This document shows, piece by piece, positions 55,955 through 64,000 of a stretch of DNA of 64,000 bases (the first letter of the stretch is position 1; the number at the start of each line of letters is the position of its first letter). Position numbers and translations under genes: made by a program. Source of the stretch: Candidatus Cloacimonadales bacterium (lineage in GTDB: Bacteria; Cloacimonadota; Cloacimonadia; Cloacimonadales; JAIOQZ01); the NCBI GenBank assembly GCA_963665815.1, contig OY762463.1, forward strand, positions 2,848,001 through 2,912,000. The letters are read 5' to 3'. Under the pieces are notes generated by a model. The model was not told the DNA's origin and searched no databases. It worked only from the letters and a program-made list of their open reading frames with translations.

Positions 55955-56734
55955 TTATCTGGCAGAATAACCACCATCAATAAGAATATCTGTACCGGTA
56001 ATCCATTTGGATTTATCAGATAAAAGGAAACTACATACCTCGGCAACATCTTCTGGCTTACCTGTACCAAGAGGATGCATGTCATATATATTTTGCTTCA
56101 TATCTTCTGGAAATTCTTCCATCATTTCTTTAACAAGGTCTGTTTCTACAATGCCGGGAGAAACAGAATTTATTCTATGACCCTTATCGGCAATTTCAAG
56201 AGAAACTGCTTTTACAGCACTTACAATTGCACCTTTGGATGCACAATAACTAACCTTGCATCTTTCTCCCAAAGTTCCCATGACACTTGAGATAAGAACA
56301 AAAGAAATTGAACCAACTTTATTCTTTTTCAGTTTCGTAATACTTTTAACAAAGCTGAATGCAGCAAAGGCGTTAATCTCAGCCAATTTTCTAAAATCAT
56401 CCCTTGTTGTTTTCCTTAAAGGTTTAAGAATAGCATCCCCAGCAGCATATACTAAACCATGAATTTCTCCATGCTCATTAAAAATGCGCTTTACTTCTGA
56501 ATCAATATTATCTTCATCTGCAAAATTTATTACAGCTACACAATGAGATTCTGTATTAGTTGTGATTTTATCCTGTACAGCCTTAAGTTTAGCCTTATTA
56601 CGCCCAGCAAGTATAACTTTAGCCCCATAATCAGCAAGAGCTATAACACACGCTTCACCGATACCGCCAGTTGCACCACATACGATTATGTTTTTTCCAC
56701 TTAAGTATTCTTTATTCAAAATTATCTTCTCCAA
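55955..56734 (-). CDS. SDR oxidoreductase (FabG-like), copy 2
   Basis: GATGGIG, YCASKG, RINSVSPG, ITG..I.IDGG motifs; exact start uncertain. Confidence 0.9.
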   Translation of the reverse strand: MEKIILNKEYLSGKNIIVCGATGGIGEACVIALADYGAKVILAGRNKAKLKAVQDKITTNTESHCVAVINFADEDNIDSEVKRIFNEHGEIHGLVYAAGDAILKPLRKTTRDDFRKLAEINAFAAFSFVKSITKLKKNKVGSISFVLISSVMGTLGERCKVSYCASKGAIVSAVKAVSLEIADKGHRINSVSPGIVETDLVKEMMEEFPEDMKQNIYDMHPLGTGKPEDVAEVCSFLLSDKSKWITGTDILIDGGYSAR

Positions 56735-56945
56735 TTAATTTGATCAGATCGTTAATTGATCCTAATTCCTGAAGTTGGTTTGCTTTAAATTGAATTCCGA
56801 ATTTTTTATGTACAAATGCAATGATACTGAGTACTGCAAATGAATCATAGTCTTCCACGTCATCAAGATTAGTATCTAACTCAAGCTCATCTTCTTCAAG
56901 TTCTAATACTTCGATAATTTCTGCTAAAAATTCTTTCTTTGTCAT
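56712..56945 (-). CDS. Acyl carrier protein, copy 2
   Basis: Acidic 77-aa protein with a YDSF phosphopantetheine site. Confidence 0.88.
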   Translation of the reverse strand: MTKKEFLAEIIEVLELEEDELELDTNLDDVEDYDSFAVLSIIAFVHKKFGIQFKANQLQELGSINDLIKLIGEDNFE

Positions 56946-56956
56946 TATATTCTCCT

Positions 56957-57955
56957 TTAAATTTCTATAACTGTTCCACCCCAGGAATACCCGACACCAA
57001 AGCCAAGAAGCAATACCTTATTTCCTTTGACTATTTCACCTGAATCCAAAAGCTTTTTCAGGGCTATTGGTATTGTTGAAGAGACTGTATTACCTGTTTC
57101 TTCCATGCTGAGGAAGAATTTTTCCTTGGGAATATCACACAAATCCTTCAAATAATTCAACATATATTTATTTGCCTGATGGAATACAAAATAATCAATA
57201 TCATTGATATCAAGATTATTTATACTTAAAGTGTTCTTGAATGTTACTGGAACATGGCTGATAGTAAAATTAAATATTTCAGGTCCATTCATGTAGATAT
57301 CATTATCCGATCTGAAACTACCCTGTCCATCATCTTCAGCAATGAGTTCAGGATTATAGCGATTTCTCGTTCCACCGTTTTTCACAATAAGATTATCCGC
57401 ACCGGACCCGTCAGTACCTAGAGAGAATTCAAGTAAATGTTCCTTATCAGACTGGGAAATTATTGTAGCTGTGGCTGCATCTCCGAAAATTGTTCTGTTC
57501 GCCAGATCATTTTCATTTATATATTTTGAGTATGTTTCTGCTGTGATAAATAATACGTTTCTCGCAACTCCGGCACTAATGAGTCCTTTTATCATTGCCA
57601 GACCATATACAAAACCTGAACAACCAAGATTGAAGTCAAAAGCTCCGATACTGTCTTTTAGACCCAACTTATCCTGGAGAATACATGCCCCGGATGGAAG
57701 ATAATATTCGGGACTCTGTGTACAATACACTAAAAAGTCAATATCATCTTTATTGAAATCTTCCAGTATTCTGTTTCCGGCTTTAATAGCCAGATCAAGA
57801 GCTGTTTCGTTTTCTGACACTACATGTCTGCTTCTGATTCCTGTTTTTTTGAATACTTTGCTGGATTTCCATTTTTTAAACCTATCTTCCAGATACTGAT
57901 TTGTGACTTCACCTTCAGGAAAAACAAACTCTATTTTTTCTATTCTTGATCCCAT
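56957..57955 (-). CDS. 3-oxoacyl-ACP synthase III (FabH-like), copy 2
   Basis: GCSG, FGDAA, MNGPEIFNF, FHQAN, GNT, GFGVGYSW motifs. Confidence 0.92.
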   Translation of the reverse strand: MGSRIEKIEFVFPEGEVTNQYLEDRFKKWKSSKVFKKTGIRSRHVVSENETALDLAIKAGNRILEDFNKDDIDFLVYCTQSPEYYLPSGACILQDKLGLKDSIGAFDFNLGCSGFVYGLAMIKGLISAGVARNVLFITAETYSKYINENDLANRTIFGDAATATIISQSDKEHLLEFSLGTDGSGADNLIVKNGGTRNRYNPELIAEDDGQGSFRSDNDIYMNGPEIFNFTISHVPVTFKNTLSINNLDINDIDYFVFHQANKYMLNYLKDLCDIPKEKFFLSMEETGNTVSSTIPIALKKLLDSGEIVKGNKVLLLGFGVGYSWGGTVIEI

Positions 57956-58010
57956 TATTCCTCCTTAGTTTTGTACTTTTCTATATTTATGAAAATAATT
58001 TTAAGCGGGA

Positions 58011-58784
58011 TTATTTTGCTGAGTATCCACCATCAATTACAAAGTCTGTACCTGTAATCCACCTTGATCTGTCCGATAAAAGAAAGTTGCACAACTCGGC
58101 AACATCCTTAGGTTGTCCTGTACCTAAAGGATACGTTTTCAGTATTCTTTCCTTCATGTCAACGGGATACTTTTCCATAATCTTTTTGACAATGGGTGTA
58201 TTTACAATCCCCGGAGAAACGGAGTTAATCCTGTGTCCTTTATCTGCTAATTCCAAAGCAATTGCTTTTACTCCACTTATGACTGCACCTTTAGAAGCAC
58301 AATAAGCAGCTAATCCTCTATTTGCGACATTTCCCATAATGCTCGATATAATAACGAAAGACATCTGCGACACCTTGTTTTTCTTGAGCTTCATGATGCT
58401 TCTTACAAAACTGAATCCTGAAAATGCATTTATATCAAGTAAACTACGGAAATCTTCTCTGGTTGTTTTTCTTAATGGTTTCGTAATCTCAAAACCTGCA
58501 GCATGAATAAAACCATGAATCTGTCCATGCTTATCGAAAATTGATTTGACTACTGAATCAATACTATCATCATTAGTCAAATCAACAATAGCAATATCAT
58601 GAATTTTATCGTGTAACTTCAATAAAACAGATTTCAATTTTTCTTCATTTCGACCTGTAAGTATTACTCTCGCCCCGCTATCAGCAGCTTCAATAACACA
58701 AGCTTCACCTATACCCCCAGATGCACCGGTAATCAATATTGTTTTATCAGCAAGCATTTTTTTATGCAAATTTATCTTCTCCAA
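58011..58784 (-). CDS. SDR oxidoreductase (FabG-like), copy 1
   Basis: TGASGGIG, YCASKG, RINSVSPG motifs; start may be ATG at 58757. Confidence 0.9.
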   Translation of the reverse strand: MEKINLHKKMLADKTILITGASGGIGEACVIEAADSGARVILTGRNEEKLKSVLLKLHDKIHDIAIVDLTNDDSIDSVVKSIFDKHGQIHGFIHAAGFEITKPLRKTTREDFRSLLDINAFSGFSFVRSIMKLKKNKVSQMSFVIISSIMGNVANRGLAAYCASKGAVISGVKAIALELADKGHRINSVSPGIVNTPIVKKIMEKYPVDMKERILKTYPLGTGQPKDVAELCNFLLSDRSRWITGTDFVIDGGYSAK

Positions 58785-58995
58785 TTAACTTGATAAGATC
58801 ATTGATAGAAGATAACTCCTGTAATTGATTTGCCTTGAATTGTATTCCAAATTTTTTATGTACAAATGCTATAATGCTTAATACGGCAAATGAATCATAA
58901 TCTTCAACATCATCAAGATCTGTGTTAAAATCTAACTCATCTTCTTCAAGCTCTAAAACCTCGATTATTTCTGCTAAAAATTCTTTCTTTGTCAT
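58762..58995 (-). CDS. Acyl carrier protein, copy 1
   Basis: YDSF site; 70/77 residues identical to copy 2 by manual count. Confidence 0.88.
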   Translation of the reverse strand: MTKKEFLAEIIEVLELEEDELDFNTDLDDVEDYDSFAVLSIIAFVHKKFGIQFKANQLQELSSINDLIKLIGEDKFA

Positions 58996-59006
58996 ATTTT
59001 TCTCCT

Positions 59007-60005
59007 TTAAATTTCAATAATTGTTCCACCCCAGGAATACCCAACACCAAAACCAAGAAGCAATATTTTACTTCCACTGTCTATTTTATTCAATTTAATT
59101 AATTTAGATAAACCTATAGGAATTGTACATGATGAAGTATTACCTGTTTCCTCTAGATCTATATGGAATTTTTCAACAGGAATTTCACACAAATCCCGCA
59201 AATATTTCAAAATATATTTGTTAGCTTGATGGAATACAACATAATCAATATCTGAAATATCCATTTTGTTCTTTTCTAATGTATTTTTAAATGTTACTGG
59301 AACATGACTTATGGTGAAATTGAAAATTTCAGGTCCATTCATATAAATATTGTTATCTGTCCTGAAATTACCCAACCCATCGTCCTGAGGAACAAGGTCA
59401 GGATTGTATAGGTTTTTCCGACCACCATTTTTTACAACAAGATTATCTACTCCGGTACCATCTGTTCCAAGAGAAAATTCATGAAAATGCTCTTCATCAC
59501 TTTGAGATATTATTGTAGCTGTCGCGGCATCACCAAATATAACTTTATTTGCAACATCATTTTCATTTATGTATTTTGTAAGTGTATCTGCCGTAACAAA
59601 AAGTACTTTTCTCGCAATCCCAGATTTTATCAGTCCTTTAATAATTGAAAGCCCATATACATATCCGGAACAACCAAGAGTAATATCCAAAGCTCCAATT
59701 GAATCTGATAAACCAAGCTTATCCTGTAAAATACATGCGCCTGACGGAAGATAATATTCCGGACTCTGAGTACAATATAACAGAAAATCAACTTCTGACT
59801 TGTCATAATCCTGCAAGATATTAGTTCCGACCTTAAACGCCAGATCCAATGCTGTTTCTCCATCAGATACAACATGCCTGCTTTTGATTCCCGTGTTTTT
59901 ATACACTTTACGTGATTTGAATTTTTTATATTTTTCTTCCAGATATTCATTAGTGATTATCTTCTCAGGCAGATAATATTCAATTTTCTCTATTTTAGAA
60001 CCCAT
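59007..60005 (-). CDS. 3-oxoacyl-ACP synthase III (FabH-like), copy 1
   Basis: Cys-His-Asn triad motifs GCSG, FHQAN, GNT. Confidence 0.92.
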   Translation of the reverse strand: MGSKIEKIEYYLPEKIITNEYLEEKYKKFKSRKVYKNTGIKSRHVVSDGETALDLAFKVGTNILQDYDKSEVDFLLYCTQSPEYYLPSGACILQDKLGLSDSIGALDITLGCSGYVYGLSIIKGLIKSGIARKVLFVTADTLTKYINENDVANKVIFGDAATATIISQSDEEHFHEFSLGTDGTGVDNLVVKNGGRKNLYNPDLVPQDDGLGNFRTDNNIYMNGPEIFNFTISHVPVTFKNTLEKNKMDISDIDYVVFHQANKYILKYLRDLCEIPVEKFHIDLEETGNTSSCTIPIGLSKLIKLNKIDSGSKILLLGFGVGYSWGGTIIEI

Positions 60006-60113
60006 CTCCGACCTTCTATTTTTTTATGCATTTTACTGATTTTTTTTATAACATTACATGTGTCAAGCAATATGTAGTGATATTGTAAAACGAATCTCAA
60101 GGCATTTCGCTTT

Positions 60114-60863
60114 CTAGTAAAATGATAACACATAATGCCAGTCTGAGATTTCAGATTTTTCATAAACTGCAATCTTAACTTTGTCATTCCATTCATACTC
60201 AACATAACCTTTATCAGAAGCAATTATTTTTTTTACGGCATCAGTAAGAGTATATGAGTCTAACTCAAACACATTTATCAGACAATAATCCCTTTTCTCA
60301 AAATCGAACATTGCTATACCCTGACTGTTTACAGCATAGAAGTCCATATTTTCCGGAATTGTAATATTTGCCTTGATCCGATTCCAGAATTCATCAAGGT
60401 ATATCGAAGATGCTACTATCCCTGTTACTTCTCCATCCTTTATGACCGGAACAGCAATAACAAATGATTTCTTTCCACTGGTCTTTCCAATTATTGGATA
60501 CCCTACAACATCCTTCCCCGCAAGTAAAGTCGGAAAATACGCCCTGTCACTGAGATTAGCTTTGACTTTACCCCTTTCTGAAGTATAATAAGATCCATCA
60601 GGTAAAGCATACCAGTATAATGCAGCTATTTTTTCAGGATCATCCTTTAGTGCATTCAAAATATTCTCCCAATCACCTTCCTTTGCAATCCCCGACTCTG
60701 CAATATTTTGTAATCGGGTTAGTTCTCCGGCTATAAAGCCCTCAGATCTGTTTATAGCATCCTCAAGAATGATTCTGGAAGCAGCTATTTTTGTCTCCGT
60801 AGAACAGGAAACTGTTATTGACAAAATGATAAAGATAAGTGACAATATAAAAACTTTCTTCAT
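60114..60863 (-). CDS. Stand-alone Cache-domain lipoprotein
   Basis: Lipobox TVSC; NLSDRAYF, 'GKTSGK....IAVPV..DGEV.G' dCache signature; no output domain. Confidence 0.75.
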   Translation of the reverse strand: MKKVFILSLIFIILSITVSCSTETKIAASRIILEDAINRSEGFIAGELTRLQNIAESGIAKEGDWENILNALKDDPEKIAALYWYALPDGSYYTSERGKVKANLSDRAYFPTLLAGKDVVGYPIIGKTSGKKSFVIAVPVIKDGEVTGIVASSIYLDEFWNRIKANITIPENMDFYAVNSQGIAMFDFEKRDYCLINVFELDSYTLTDAVKKIIASDKGYVEYEWNDKVKIAVYEKSEISDWHYVLSFY

Positions 60864-60929
60864 AATATTTTCTCCTTGCATTTACGATAAGATACGAAAT
60901 GCGGTTAAGAAGTGTCAAGATTTTGAATT

Positions 60930-60956
60930 TTAGCAGTCTCAAATAAAGAGTGCTAA
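60930..60956. promoter_or_regulatory. CIRCE element (HrcA operator) upstream of clpB
   Basis: TTAGCAGTC-N9-GAGTGCTAA, one mismatch to consensus, just upstream of TTGACA at 60964. Confidence 0.9.
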
Positions 60957-61021
60957 TTTTTTCTTGACACCTATCACAGACTGATTATCTTTTGGGTAAA
61001 GAAAACAAAAATGGAGGAAAA

Positions 61022-63592
61022 ATGAACTTTTCAAAATTTACAGTGAAATCTCAGGAAGTAATTCAGAATGCTGTCCAGATTGCCCGTGAAAACGGTCATC
61101 AGGAAGCAAAATCACCCCACCTTCTGCTTTCATTGCTTAATACGGAAGATTCATTTGCAGATTCCCTGCTTAAGAAAATGGATGTGGACATAAATCTCCT
61201 TCAGGAACAGCTTCAGAACAGTCTCAGCAAATATCCTAAAATTCAGAACTTGCAGCAGGCTTATCTGTCTCAGGAGTTGGATTCAATACTGAGAGATTCT
61301 GAAAAAAAAGCAAAATCCATGGCAGATGAATTTATCAGCATTGAGCATATAATGTTGTCACTTGTAGATAAAGCAGTTGATGCTGCTCAGCTGATTAAAG
61401 CCTTCGGCATCAAAAAAGATACACTCCTGACAGCACTGAAAGATATAAGGGGATCACAGAGAGTAACTGATCAAAATCCCGAAAACAAGTATCAGGTACT
61501 GAAAAAGTACACCCGAAATCTGACCGAACTTGCTTCTCAGGGCAAACTAGACCCTGTTATAGGACGTGATGATGAGATAAGACGCATAATTCAAATTTTA
61601 TCGAGAAGAAGAAAAAATAATCCGGTACTGATAGGTGAACCGGGAGTTGGTAAGACAGCAATTATAGAAGGTCTTGCCAGAAGAGTTATTAATAATGATG
61701 TCCCTGAACCCTTAAAAAACAAAAAGATCCTTGAACTTGACATGGGCTCACTTATTGCGGGAGCAAAATTCAGAGGAGAATTCGAAGACAGACTTAAAGC
61801 AGTTTTAAAAGAAGTAGAAAGCTCTGAAGGGAGCATTATTCTGTTTATTGATGAACTTCATACAGTTGTAGGAGCAGGTGCAGCAGAAGGTGCTGTGGAT
61901 GCATCCAACATGCTTAAACCGGCATTGGCAAGAGGATTTCTGCACTGTATTGGAGCAACAACTCTGGATGAATACAGAAAATATATTGAGAAAGATTCCG
62001 CCCTTGAAAGGCGTTTCCAGCCTGTTCATGCAAAAGAGCCAACTCTGGAAGATACAATATCAATCCTCAGAGGAATTAAGGATAAATATGAGGTTCACCA
62101 TGGAGTACAGATCACAGATTCATCATTGGTTGCCTGTGCCGTACTTTCTGACAGATACATTTCCGACAGATTCCTTCCTGATAAAGCTATTGACCTGATG
62201 GATGAAGCCTGCTCCTATCTTAAGATGCAAATTGATTCCCTACCGGAAGAACTGGATGAGATTGAAAGAAAAATCAGGCAGCTTGAAATAGAAAAACTAT
62301 CTATCCAACAGGAAAAGAGTAAGACTTCTGAATCAAAACTGAAGATGGTTAAAGCTCAGATTTCTGAGCTTTCAGACAAGCAGAAAGATCTTCGTGCTCG
62401 CTGGAACTACGAGAAACAGCTTCTGAATGATATTGGAACAACATCCGAGCAGATTGAGTCAACAAAATCTCAGGCAGAGATTTATGAACGCCAGGGTGAA
62501 TATAACAAAGTTGCAGAATTAAAATACGGAAAACTGGTTGAGCTGCAGAATAAACTGACTGATCTCAAGGGTAAACTACAGGAAATTCCTTCAGATAAGC
62601 AACTCCTCAAAGAGGAAATATCCGAAGAAATCATTGCAACTATCGTTTCACGCTGGACAGGTATTCCTGTATCCAAACTTGTACAGGGTGAGATGGATAA
62701 ACTACTCAAAATGGAGCAGAAGCTCTCTGAAAGAGTGATTGGACAGGATAAAGGCATAACAGCCCTGAGTAATGCTATCAGGAGATCCAGAGCCGGTATA
62801 GCTGATTCTTCCAAGCCAATTGGTTCATTCTTGTTTCTTGGTCCTACCGGGGTAGGTAAAACAGAACTGGCTAAAACCCTTGCTGATTTCATGTTCAATA
62901 CAGAAAAAGCACTGATCAGAATTGATATGTCTGAGTACATGGAAAAACACTCTGTGGCAAAACTGATTGGTGCACCTCCCGGATATATAGGCTACGATCA
63001 GGGAGGATACCTCACAGAATCAGTCAGAAGATCACCATACAGTGTAATCCTTCTGGATGAGATTGAGAAAGCCCATTCGGATGTCTTCAATATTCTGCTT
63101 CAGATTCTGGATGACGGAAGACTTACAGACAGCAAAGGCAGAACTGTAGATTTTAAGAATACTGTGATCATAATGACTTCCAATATGGGATCTGATTTGA
63201 TTTTTGAAGCTGAAAATCCGGAAGATATTGAGAACAGTATTATGGAGATTATGAAGCAGTATCTCAGACCGGAATTTATCAATAGATTGGATGAAATCAT
63301 CATGTTCCACAAACTGAACAGCAGCCAGATAAGCAAAATTGTTAAGCTCCAACTCGACAATCTTGTAAAAAGGTTGCAGAGTAGCGAAATTCATTTAACT
63401 TATACTGTAAATGTTCTTAACAAAATAGCTGAGGTCGGATACGATCCGCAGTACGGAGCACGACCTGTCAAACGAGCTGTACAGAAATATATTGAGAATG
63501 AGTTATCCAGATTTATCATTGGAAACATGGATGTAAAAGCGGTAAATGTAGACTTTATCAACGATGAATTTGTGTTTGATAAAACTAACTGA
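61022..63592 (+). CDS. clpB: ATP-dependent disaggregase ClpB
   Basis: Two AAA modules ([16 protein letters not shown]), coiled-coil middle domain, [12 protein letters not shown] at 61022 after GGAGG. Confidence 0.96.
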   Translation: MNFSKFTVKSQEVIQNAVQIARENGHQEAKSPHLLLSLLNTEDSFADSLLKKMDVDINLLQEQLQNSLSKYPKIQNLQQAYLSQELDSILRDSEKKAKSMADEFISIEHIMLSLVDKAVDAAQLIKAFGIKKDTLLTALKDIRGSQRVTDQNPENKYQVLKKYTRNLTELASQGKLDPVIGRDDEIRRIIQILSRRRKNNPVLIGEPGVGKTAIIEGLARRVINNDVPEPLKNKKILELDMGSLIAGAKFRGEFEDRLKAVLKEVESSEGSIILFIDELHTVVGAGAAEGAVDASNMLKPALARGFLHCIGATTLDEYRKYIEKDSALERRFQPVHAKEPTLEDTISILRGIKDKYEVHHGVQITDSSLVACAVLSDRYISDRFLPDKAIDLMDEACSYLKMQIDSLPEELDEIERKIRQLEIEKLSIQQEKSKTSESKLKMVKAQISELSDKQKDLRARWNYEKQLLNDIGTTSEQIESTKSQAEIYERQGEYNKVAELKYGKLVELQNKLTDLKGKLQEIPSDKQLLKEEISEEIIATIVSRWTGIPVSKLVQGEMDKLLKMEQKLSERVIGQDKGITALSNAIRRSRAGIADSSKPIGSFLFLGPTGVGKTELAKTLADFMFNTEKALIRIDMSEYMEKHSVAKLIGAPPGYIGYDQGGYLTESVRRSPYSVILLDEIEKAHSDVFNILLQILDDGRLTDSKGRTVDFKNTVIIMTSNMGSDLIFEAENPEDIENSIMEIMKQYLRPEFINRLDEIIMFHKLNSSQISKIVKLQLDNLVKRLQSSEIHLTYTVNVLNKIAEVGYDPQYGARPVKRAVQKYIENELSRFIIGNMDVKAVNVDFINDEFVFDKTN

Positions 63593-63637
63593 AAAGAAAA
63601 AATTTGACATTTAAAAACAGGAAATGAAGGTAATGAC

Positions 63638-63910
63638 ATGATAAAAAAAGAAATAACTATTGAAAATCCGTTAGGTCTTCATGCCAGACCTTCTGCACTT
63701 TTGTGTCAGATAGCTCAGCAATACAGAGCTGACTTATCCATTACTAAGGATGACATCAGAGTCAATGGTAAATCCATTCTTGGAGTACTGAGTCTGGCTG
63801 CTGAGCATGGTTCTGTTCTGGAACTTGAAGTATCAGGACCTGACGAAGATACCCTATTGAAGGACTTGATGGGGATATTCAGTTCAAATTTTGAAGATGC
63901 TTACATATGA
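63638..63910 (+). CDS. ptsH: Phosphocarrier protein HPr
   Basis: GLHARP (His15) and NGKSILG (Ser46) motifs. Confidence 0.95.
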   Translation: MIKKEITIENPLGLHARPSALLCQIAQQYRADLSITKDDIRVNGKSILGVLSLAAEHGSVLELEVSGPDEDTLLKDLMGIFSSNFEDAYI

Positions 63911-63937
63911 TATTTGACATATTGTCTTGTAAAGACA

Positions 63938-63972
63938 GAAGGCTGTGAATTAGTTTTCACAGCCTTCATTTT
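63938..63972 (+). terminator. Intrinsic terminator
   Basis: GAAGGCTGTGAA...TTCACAGCCTTC followed by Ts. Confidence 0.75.
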
Positions 63973-64000
63973 ATAAATTAGAAAAATTTACTTCATTAAT

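Overview
This is an AT-rich bacterial chromosomal window. It is most likely from an FCB-superphylum anaerobe such as Ca. Cloacimonadota, inferred from a gingipain-like C25 protease and four secreted proteins with a YPNPFNP/FlgD-Ig C-terminal sorting domain; a 16S classification is needed to confirm this. It holds one complete 16S-23S-5S rRNA operon with no spacer tRNA and housekeeping genes (purL, hldD, gpmA, trxA, groES, recA-recX, glnA, clpB, ptsH, pruA). It also has a poly-HAMP chemoreceptor, transporters and a tandemly duplicated FabH-ACP-SDR cassette. The best non-ORF signal is a Moco/tungsten-cofactor-class riboswitch lacking P3, with a complete translational OFF-switch platform, in front of pruA, an NAD-dependent enzyme that uses no Mo/W. 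Other signals are CIRCE operators at clpB and groES-trxA, a probable leader-peptide attenuator before a methyltransferase, two genes bracketed by direct repeats, an in-frame amber codon in a beta-propeller gene, a TsaC-phosphatase fusion and an unassigned multibranched RNA before purL. No CRISPR array, intact transposase, integrase or prophage was seen. All calls come from reading the sequence; no searches were run.
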